Made by a program: the position numbers and the translations under genes | The notes under the pieces: generated by a model | What the model was told of the DNA's origin: nothing | The model's input: the letters and a program-made list of their open reading frames with translations, nothing else | Databases searched by the model: none | DNA from: a virus | Lineage: Duplodnaviria > Heunggongvirae > Uroviricota > Caudoviricetes | Virus record (IMG/VR): IMGVR_UViG_2563366839_000008 | Length of the DNA stretch: 20,624 nt | Strand: one strand, 5' to 3' | Shown here: piece by piece, positions 14,411-20,624 of the stretch | Layout: each line of letters begins with the position of its first letter | Position numbering within the stretch: position 1 is the first letter of the stretch

Positions 14411-15457
14411 GTGCGGGTATTACTTCGACCTGTTCTGGTACCGGAACTCGGGCTGGTGATCGTTAAGCCGGGCCGTGAATCCATGCCGGTATTCCACAAT
14501 ACCCGGGTACTGGTGGAGCCGGAACCGAAAAGCATGCGTAATCTGCCGTCCGGGGTCGTTCCTGCCGTTCGCCAGCCGCTGGTGGAAGACAAAACATTGC
14601 TGCCGTTTTTCAGTAACGCACGGGTAATTCGTGCTGCTGGTGGTGCTGGTGCATTGTCTGACTGGCTGTTGCGCAATATTAAATCCTGCCAGTGGCCACA
14701 CGGCGATTATCATCACAGCGAAACCGTTATTCACCGTTATGGTACCGGCGCAATGGTGTTGTGCTGGCACTGCGACAACCAGCTGCGTGACCAGACATCC
14801 GAATCACTCGAGCAACTTGCTCATCAAAACCTGTCAGCATGGATGATTGACGTCATCGGTCACGCAATAAGCGGTACGCAGGAGCGTGAATTATCTCTGG
14901 CTGAATTATCCTGGTGGGCGGTCCGCAATCAGGTGGCGGACGCGCTACCGGAAGCGGTATTACGTCGTTCGCTGGGGTTGCGTGCGGAAAAAATCCGCTC
15001 AATGTACCGTGAAAGCGACATCGTACCGGGAGAGCAGACCGCCACCAGCATACTGAAGCAGCGCACAAAAAATCTTGCGCCGCTGCCTCACGCCCACCAG
15101 CAAAACCCGCCACAGGAAGAGACGGTGGTCAGCATTGCCGTTGATCCTGAGTCTCCGGAATCTTTCATGAAACGACCTAAACGTCGCCGCTGGGTTAACG
15201 AGAAATACACACGCTGGGTGAAGACACAGCCGTGTGCGTGTTGTGGTAAGCCAGCCGACGATCCCCATCACCTGATTGGTCATGGTCAGGGCGGAATGGG
15301 GACAAAATCTCACGATATTTTCACGCTACCGCTGTGTCGGGAGCATCACAACGAGCTTCATGCGGATACCGTGGCATTTGAAGAGAAGTATGGTTCCCAG
15401 CTGGAGCTGATATTTCGTTTTATCGATCGTGCGCTGGCAATAGGCGTACTGGCGTAA
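14411..15457 (+). CDS. ydfU: YdfU-like protein (DUF968) with C-terminal HNH-like Cys/His motif
   Basis: 348 aa, GTG start after GGAGG. C-terminal CACCGKPADDPHHLIGHGQGG...CREHHNELH resembles an HNH/zinc-finger nuclease fold. Sits upstream of Q as in Qin-type prophages. Confidence 0.65.
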   Translation: MRVLLRPVLVPELGLVIVKPGRESMPVFHNTRVLVEPEPKSMRNLPSGVVPAVRQPLVEDKTLLPFFSNARVIRAAGGAGALSDWLLRNIKSCQWPHGDYHHSETVIHRYGTGAMVLCWHCDNQLRDQTSESLEQLAHQNLSAWMIDVIGHAISGTQERELSLAELSWWAVRNQVADALPEAVLRRSLGLRAEKIRSMYRESDIVPGEQTATSILKQRTKNLAPLPHAHQQNPPQEETVVSIAVDPESPESFMKRPKRRRWVNEKYTRWVKTQPCACCGKPADDPHHLIGHGQGGMGTKSHDIFTLPLCREHHNELHADTVAFEEKYGSQLELIFRFIDRALAIGVLA

Positions 15458-15470
15458 GTGGAGAACGAGC

Positions 15471-16223
15471 ATGAACCTTGAAGCCTTACCGAAATATTAC
15501 TCCCCAAAATCTCCAAAATTGAGCGATGACGCACCGGCGACAGGCTCTGGTGGTTTAACAATTACGGATGTAATGGCTGCGCAGGGGATGGTGCAGTCGA
15601 AAGCACCGCTTGGGTTTGCCTTATTCCTGGCAAAAGTTGGTGTTCAGGATCCTCAGTTTGCGATTGAAGGTCTGCTCAATTACGCGATGGCACTGGATAA
15701 CCCGACATTGAACAAATTGAGTGAAGAAACCCGGTTACAGATCATCCCTTACCTTGTGAATTTTGCCTTTGCTGATTATTCCAGGTCTGCGGCAAGTAAG
15801 GCTCGCTGTGAGCATTGTGCTGGTACTGGATTTCATAATGTATTGCGCGAAGTGGTGAAACACTCCAGAAGCGGGGAATCTGTTATCAAGGAAGAGTGGG
15901 TGAAGGAACTGTGTCAGCATTGTCATGGTAAGGGAGAAGTCAGCACAGCGTGCAGAGGGTGTAAGGGTAAAGGTATTGTCCTGGATGAAAAAAGAACCCG
16001 GCTTCATGGCACGCCTGTTTATAAGGTTTGTGGGCGTTGCAATGGAAACCGGTTTAGCCGTTTACCAACCACACTGGCGCGGCTTCATGTCCAGAAGCTG
16101 GTACCAGACCTGACGGATTATCAGTGGTACAAAGGATATGCAGATGTCATTGATAAACTGGTTACAAAGTGCTGGCAGGAAGAAGCATATGCAGAGATAC
16201 AATTGAGAAAGGTGACAAGATAA
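15471..16223 (+). CDS. Late-gene antitermination protein Q (phage 21/82 QuuQ-type), 250 aa
   Basis: SD GGAGAA upstream. Cys-rich zinc-binding region (CEHCAGTG...CQHCHGKGE...CRGCKGKG...CGRCNG). Followed by a promoter, a short leader and an intrinsic terminator, the classic PR'-qut-tR' layout. Confidence 0.8.
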   Translation: MNLEALPKYYSPKSPKLSDDAPATGSGGLTITDVMAAQGMVQSKAPLGFALFLAKVGVQDPQFAIEGLLNYAMALDNPTLNKLSEETRLQIIPYLVNFAFADYSRSAASKARCEHCAGTGFHNVLREVVKHSRSGESVIKEEWVKELCQHCHGKGEVSTACRGCKGKGIVLDEKRTRLHGTPVYKVCGRCNGNRFSRLPTTLARLHVQKLVPDLTDYQWYKGYADVIDKLVTKCWQEEAYAEIQLRKVTR

Positions 16224-16253
16224 ATGGTTTTCGCCGAAGATGACGACATGATG

Positions 16254-16354
16254 CTTGCGTTTTTCAAAAAATATGGATAAGATTTTCACAACGATGGGCT
16301 TTGTATGTCTACCGTTGATAAGATTTAAGAACCCGCCACTGAGCGGGTTTTTTT
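16254..16354 (+). promoter_or_regulatory. Putative late promoter PR' with qut region and tR' intrinsic terminator
   Basis: Candidate -35 TTGCGT (16256-16261) and -10 TAAGAT (about 16278-16283); terminator hairpin ACCCGC-CACTGA-GCGGGT plus seven T's at 16331-16354, roughly 50 nt downstream. Confidence 0.5.
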
Positions 16355-16476
16355 GTACCTGTAAACTTGGTGCAGTACAGTAAACACGCTGGTGGTCGTG
16401 AATACTGACTTTTTATCTTGCTGGCTTTTTAGACAAGAGTTATTGGTATGTCATGTTAACCAGAAGGGAAAAAGAC

Positions 16477-16680
16477 ATGCTAAAACAGCAAGATATGACA
16501 GAAACCGCCGCCGCAGTCCTTCATTTCTTACCTGCTGACAAGTGGGTAACGCCACGCATGATGACGAGAACTACCGGAGTAAGCGAAGCCCGGTGCCAGT
16601 TAATACTGACTCAGTTAGTTCTGGCGGGGCTGGCGAAGGATAACGGCGGGTACGGGAATAAATTCAGACGCTGCCAGTAA
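16477..16680 (+). CDS. Hypothetical small protein, 67 aa (first ORF downstream of tR')
   Basis: ATG at 16477 with SD GAAGGGA; the track ORF begins at 16453. Possible small helical DNA-binding protein; no confident assignment. Confidence 0.45.
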   Translation: MLKQQDMTETAAAVLHFLPADKWVTPRMMTRTTGVSEARCQLILTQLVLAGLAKDNGGYGNKFRRCQ

Positions 16681-16830
16681 TGGCGGTTTCCTGCTGTGAA
16701 AATGGGCGGCTGGTGGGTGTTGGTAGCACCTGCCAGCCATTCGCTCATGCTTACTGGTCACAAGCGAACCACGGCCCACTGCTTTAGCGCAAAAGCAGAG
16801 TGAGCCTACCAGAGTTACGCTTACTGATCC

Positions 16831-17892
16831 ATGAAAAATACTGTAAAAATAAACAGTGTTGATTTAATCAACGCTGATTGCCTGCATTTTATTCAGTCCC
16901 TGCCTGATGATTCCATTGACCTGATTGTTACCGATCCGCCGTACTTCAAGGTGAAACCCAACGGCTGGGACAATCAGTGGAAAGGGGACGAAGATTACCT
17001 TAAGTGGCTGGACCACTGTCTGGCCCAGTTCTGGCGGGTGTTAAAACCTGCCGGAAGCCTTTACCTGTTCTGTGGGCATCGCCTGGCATCTGATATTGAG
17101 ATCATGATGCGTGAACGTTTCAACGTGCTTAACCATATCATCTGGGCGAAGCCGTCCGGACGTTGGAATGGGTGTAATAAAGAAAGTCTGCGCGCATATT
17201 TTCCTGCCACAGAGCGCGTTCTGTTTGCTGAACATTACCAGGGGCCATATCGCGGCAAAAGTGACGGCTATGTAGCAAAAGAAAGGGAACTCAAACAGCA
17301 CATAATGGCACCGCTGATATCGTATTTCAGGGATGCTCGTGCCGAACTGGGTATAACGGCAAAACAAATTGCCGAAGCCACAGGTAAGAAAAATATGGTT
17401 TCCCACTGGTTTGGTGCCAGTCAGTGGCAGTTGCCGAATGAGGCTGACTACCGGAAGTTACAGGCACTGTTTTCCCGTATAGCGGCAGAGAAGTTTCAGG
17501 AACAACAACTGGAACAACCACACCACCAGTTGGTGGCATCTTATGATTCACTGAATCGCAAATATTCTGAATTGCTGGATGAGTTTAAATCTCTCCGGCG
17601 CTATTTCTCCGTATCAGTCTCCGTGCCTTATACCGATGTCTGGATGCATAAACCCGTTCAGTTCTACCCGGGTAAACATCCGTGTGAGAAACCGGCGGAT
17701 ATGCTCAGGCAAATAATCAATGCCAGTAGTCGACCCGGCGATCTGGTTGCTGATTTCTTTATGGGATCCGGTTCCACAATAAAAGCAGCAATGGCGCTGG
17801 GGCGTCGGGCGTTAGGTGTTGAGCTTGAGACAGAGCGGTTTAATCAGACCATCCAGGAAATCAGTATGTTATCAGCAAATACAATTTTGTGA
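16831..17892 (+). CDS. Orphan phage DNA methyltransferase (amino-MTase, beta-class: DPPY motif IV N-terminal, FxGxG motif I C-terminal)
   Basis: Motif IV LIVTDPPY near the N-terminus and motif I DFFMGSGST near the C-terminus; internal HTH-like segment GITAKQIAEATGKK. No adjacent restriction endonuclease gene. Weak SD. Confidence 0.85.
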   Translation: MKNTVKINSVDLINADCLHFIQSLPDDSIDLIVTDPPYFKVKPNGWDNQWKGDEDYLKWLDHCLAQFWRVLKPAGSLYLFCGHRLASDIEIMMRERFNVLNHIIWAKPSGRWNGCNKESLRAYFPATERVLFAEHYQGPYRGKSDGYVAKERELKQHIMAPLISYFRDARAELGITAKQIAEATGKKNMVSHWFGASQWQLPNEADYRKLQALFSRIAAEKFQEQQLEQPHHQLVASYDSLNRKYSELLDEFKSLRRYFSVSVSVPYTDVWMHKPVQFYPGKHPCEKPADMLRQIINASSRPGDLVADFFMGSGSTIKAAMALGRRALGVELETERFNQTIQEISMLSANTIL

Positions 17893-18134
17893 ATTAATTC
17901 AATTATTGGTGGGATGTCTGTGCCGTATAATGATTACAGATACAGTGTATCCTGCAATGCAGCAGGGCTGATGTGGTGGGTTGTACATAGCCTGCAAAGG
18001 ATTGGCTTCATTAATTCATCGTTGATACAAGCGAGTCACGGTTGACCACGCCAACGGCTCATCGGTAAAAATCCGACACCGTGTCTTCTTAACTCACTTA
18101 TTGTTTCCACCCATGTTTTTGGATACCTGCTGTA

Positions 18135-18173
18135 GCTGTCAGATTAGCGCGATAATCTGACAGCTTTTTTTTT
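18135..18173 (+). terminator. Strong Rho-independent terminator
   Basis: GCTGTCAGATTAGCGCGATAATCTGACAGC followed by nine T's. Confidence 0.7.
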
Positions 18174-18464
18174 ACAACGAATCCTTCTGATCTGCTTTTG
18201 CGGGGCTTTTTTGTATCCGCTCCATGCCCGGCGTATAAGCGGAGGTTGGTCAGTTTTCTAAAAATTGAAATACCTCACAATTCAGCCAGTTAATGGTTGT
18301 TTGTCTGGCGAAGAGTTTGTAAATAAAAAAACGCATGGTGAATCCCCCTAAGCGGCGGGGCGAATCAGCAGTCAGTTCTGGGATAATCGCGGGTTCGTAT
18401 GCTGATGCCGGACTCACCGGGAGGCACCCGGCACCATGCATCATGGTCATCCCCTTGTATGATA

Positions 18465-18488
18465 CCCCTCTCCGGAGGGGTATTTTTT
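18465..18488 (+). terminator. Rho-independent terminator
   Basis: CCCCTCTCCGGAGGGG hairpin followed by TATTTTTT. Confidence 0.55.
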
Positions 18489-18920
18489 GGATAAAAAAGC
18501 CCGCGCTGGGAGGCACGGGCGGCAAGGAATAAAACGTGAAGAAATTTTCACAGGCGCATAATAATCCGATGTTGCCAGATTTTGCAACTGCATCATCTGG
18601 TTATTATGTGAGCTGGAAAATCAGATTCTGTATGGACTGAAGCCATGCTGTTATTTAGGGCCAAAGAGCTGGCTTTTTCCCGCCTTCTCTCCAGTAACGA
18701 TTAATGAGAAAAGAATGAAATGCTTTTCCTGGGGAGGAGGGCAGTAGAAAAAAGAACCCGCCAGCAAAAATATGGGGGATGAACAGCTTTTGCTACTCAG
18801 GTTGCTGGCGGGTATGGTTCTTCATGAAATAAGAATGTTACGCGGTATTTTTAATGAAAATGATAATTATTGTCAATTGGTTGTGCGTATTTTTTCATAC
18901 ATGACTGGTAAAGGTGATTC

Positions 18921-18952
18921 AGGCCATCAGAGTTTTGCTGATGGCCTTTTTT
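18921..18952 (+). terminator. Rho-independent terminator immediately upstream of the holin gene
   Basis: AGGCCATCAGAGTTTTGCTGATGGCCT followed by TTTTTT. Confidence 0.6.
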
Positions 18953-18985
18953 CTTTCCGGTAGCACAGGTCTGTTGGGGCGGGAT

Positions 18986-19201
18986 ATGTATCAGATGGAA
19001 AAAATATCAACAGGCATTGCCTACGGCACCTCCGCAGGCAGTGCTGGCTACTGGTTTTTACAATGGCTTGATCAGGTTAGTCCGTCTCAGTGGGCTGCGA
19101 TTGGTGTACTGGGAAGTCTGGTTCTGGGCTTTCTGACTTATCTGACGAATCTGTACTTCAAAATCAGAGAAGACAGAAGAAAGGCTGCGAGAGGAGAGTA
19201 A
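18986..19201 (+). CDS. Class II holin (phage 21 S21-type pinholin) with dual-start motif
   Basis: Translation [71 protein letters not shown]. Two in-frame ATGs (18986, 18995), as in the S21 holin/antiholin pair. Upstream of a SAR endolysin. Confidence 0.85.
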   Translation: MYQMEKISTGIAYGTSAGSAGYWFLQWLDQVSPSQWAAIGVLGSLVLGFLTYLTNLYFKIREDRRKAARGE

Positions 19202-19205
19202 TATA

Positions 19206-19550
19206 ATGGTCCAAAACTATGAAATGATTGTGAAAGGGATCCGCAATTTTGAGAATAAAGTTACGGTAACTTTAGCATTACAGGACAAAGAACGCTTTGA
19301 CGGTGAAATTTTTGACCTGGACATCTCGCTGGACCGTGTTGAAGGTGCCGCGCTGGAGTTTTATGAGGCAGCAGCCAGAAGGAGCATCAGACAGGTCTTC
19401 CTGGATGTTGCTGCCGGGTTATGTGGAGGGGATGAGCAGTCGCCGGAAAAGCGCCCCATAATTTTAGAGGCGCAGAGTGTGTGGATAACCTACAAAGGAA
19501 AACTGCCGGGAAGAATTACTGGTTCACTGAAGACTCCGCCGAAATGGTAA
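19206..19550 (+). CDS. ydfR: YdfR-like protein (DUF1327), 114 aa, between holin and endolysin
   Basis: SD GAGGAG upstream of the ATG at 19206; same position as ydfR between essQ and rrrQ in Qin. Confidence 0.6.
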   Translation: MVQNYEMIVKGIRNFENKVTVTLALQDKERFDGEIFDLDISLDRVEGAALEFYEAAARRSIRQVFLDVAAGLCGGDEQSPEKRPIILEAQSVWITYKGKLPGRITGSLKTPPKW

Positions 19551-19788
19551 TTTCACCAGCATATTTTTCCTCCAGTAATACCGCCAGCCACTTGAAAGAA
19601 TTTTGTTGTTGCTGGGACCATTTGGGATTGATTGATTCAAGCTGGAGCGATGCCAGTGTTGGTTGCATTTGTTCCTTGGGAATTGAGAATGCCAGATATG
19701 AAAATGCGACAGTAAGGGCATTTACATCATCCCGAAGCCTGGAAATGCAGTCGAGCAACTCCTGTAGAGAAATGGTGCTATTGTCCAT
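19516..19788 (-). CDS. Possible reverse-oriented hypothetical protein, 90 aa, inside the lysis cassette
   Basis: ATG at 19786-19788 (minus) with SD GAGAGGA about 7 nt upstream; overlaps the 3' end of the ydfR-like gene by about 35 nt. No homology recognised. Confidence 0.35.
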   Translation of the reverse strand: MDNSTISLQELLDCISRLRDDVNALTVAFSYLAFSIPKEQMQPTLASLQLESINPKWSQQQQNSFKWLAVLLEEKYAGEITISAESSVNQ

Positions 19789-19893
19789 AAACAATCCTCT
19801 CTATTGTATTTAACTATTCCTTGCCTGATTCAACAGGCCGGGACAGATAAACATATCCAGGGTTCAGAAACCGATAAATCCTGATAAATATCC

Positions 19894-20427
19894 ATGAACG
19901 CAAAAATCAGATACGGCCTGTCGGCTGCCGTTCTGGCACTGATTGCCGTCGGTGCGCCTGCGCCTGATATTCTCGACCAGTTTCTGGATGAAAAAGAAGG
20001 TAACCACACAACGGCATACCGCGATGGTTCCGGCATCTGGACCATCTGTCGGGGTGCCACGGTGGTGGATGGAAAACCCGTTGTTCCCGGTATGAAACTG
20101 TCGAAGGAAAAATGCGACCAGGTTAACGCCATTGAACGGGATAAGGCGCTGGCATGGGTGGAGCGCAATATTAAAGTGCCACTGACCGAACCACAGAAAG
20201 CGGGTATCGCGTCATTTTGTCCCTATAACATTGGCCCCGGTAAGTGTTTCCCGTCGACGTTTTATAAGCGGCTGAATGCCGGTGATCGTAAAGGTGCATG
20301 CGAGGCGATTCGCTGGTGGATAAAAGATGGTGGGCGCGATTGCCGCATACGTTCAAATAACTGCTATGGACAGGTTATTCGTCGTGACCAGGAAAGCGCA
20401 TTAGCCTGTTGGGGGATAGATCAGTGA
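19894..20427 (+). CDS. SAR endolysin (T4-lysozyme-like glycoside hydrolase family 24; RrrD/RrrQ-like)
   Basis: N-terminal Gly/Ala-rich signal-anchor-release segment [15 protein letters not shown]; catalytic E...D...T triad region [22 protein letters not shown]. Follows the pinholin and precedes Rz. Confidence 0.9.
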   Translation: MNAKIRYGLSAAVLALIAVGAPAPDILDQFLDEKEGNHTTAYRDGSGIWTICRGATVVDGKPVVPGMKLSKEKCDQVNAIERDKALAWVERNIKVPLTEPQKAGIASFCPYNIGPGKCFPSTFYKRLNAGDRKGACEAIRWWIKDGGRDCRIRSNNCYGQVIRRDQESALACWGIDQ

Positions 20428-20624
20428 GCAGAGTCGCCGCGATTATTTATGCTCTGGTTATCTGCATCATCGTCTGCCTGTCATGGGCTGTTAATCATTA
20501 CCGTGATAACGCAATCGCCTACAAAGCCCTGCGCGACAAAAATGCCAGAGAACTGAAGCTGGCGAACGCGGCAATTACTGACATGCAGATGCGTCAGCGT
20601 GATGTTGCTGCGCTCGATGCAAAA
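20424..20624 (+). CDS. Rz: Rz i-spanin, 5' portion (truncated by the window end)
   Basis: GTG overlaps the endolysin stop. Translation [67 protein letters not shown] closely matches lambda Rz. Confidence 0.85.
   Translation, partial: MSRVAAIIYALVICIIVCLSWAVNHYRDNAIAYKALRDKNARELKLANAAITDMQMRQRDVAALDAK

Noticed and set aside
14200-15313. Minus-strand ORFs (14200-14676, 14420-14770, 14853-15113, 14999-15313) and plus-strand 14631-14846
   Set aside because: Nested antisense or out of frame within the ydfU-like gene; no start signals.
15735-16289. ORFs 15735-16007 (-), 15925-16113 (+), 16062-16289 (-)
   Set aside because: Overlap the Q gene and the PR'/tR' region; Q is strongly supported by its zinc-finger motifs and downstream terminator.
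17893-18135. Possible tRNA genes downstream of Q/methyltransferase (common in Stx-type phages)
   Set aside because: No T-arm (GGTTCGAATCC-like) or cloverleaf-compatible sequence was seen by eye; tRNAscan-SE would be needed to be certain.
18250-18532. ORFs 18250-18525 (-) and 18335-18532 (+)
   Set aside because: They sit in a hairpin- and terminator-rich region with no SD; translations are Pro/Gly/Arg-rich, typical of GC-rich noncoding sequence.
18772-18963. 63-aa plus-strand ORF upstream of the holin
   Set aside because: Spans a long inverted repeat and ends inside a terminator hairpin; no SD; probably structured RNA rather than coding.
19481-19813. 110-aa plus-strand ORF between the ydfR-like gene and the endolysin
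   Set aside because: Different frame overlapping the ydfR-like 3' end, no SD, Ser/Cys-rich; the minus-strand ORF here has better start signals, though neither is certain.
20171-20356. 61-aa minus-strand ORF inside the endolysin gene
   Set aside because: Antisense to a strongly supported endolysin; no start signals.
1-20624. CRISPR arrays, insertion sequences or transposases, rRNA
   Set aside because: No regularly spaced direct repeats with unique spacers, no transposase-like ORFs or terminal inverted repeats, and no rRNA-like sequence were seen. The only repeat classes found are the iterons, the duplicated terminator and the operator half-sites.

Overview
This window reads as the early-to-lysis half of a lambdoid, Qin/phage-21-like enterobacterial prophage (about 50% GC). 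Leftward from the immunity region: CI-like repressor, YdfA-like and an unknown 110-aa protein, DicF sRNA, DicB, YdfD, a large exonuclease-like early protein, Xis and an intact Int ending at the window's left edge. Rightward: Cro/DicC-like, YdaT/CII-like, an O-like initiator with embedded iterons, a run of small coupled nin-like ORFs, a Hok-family toxin, a YdfU-like protein, antiterminator Q with a late promoter and tR', an orphan DNA methyltransferase, a terminator-rich noncoding stretch, then pinholin, YdfR-like, SAR endolysin and the start of Rz. The best candidate for an undescribed system is an AT-rich two-gene cassette at 12011-13745: an unknown 216-aa protein coupled to an XRE-HTH/ImmA-IrrE zinc-peptidase fusion, bracketed by two identical terminator hairpins. 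Other points of interest are a CI-like repressor whose S24 catalytic serine is alanine, an AT-rich gene convergent with the dicF-dicB transcript, and a highly acidic small protein. All calls rest on reading the sequence and recalled family knowledge; no database search was run, and the recalled protein matches (DicF, DicB, YdfD, HokD, Rz, P22 C2) need confirmation by alignment.
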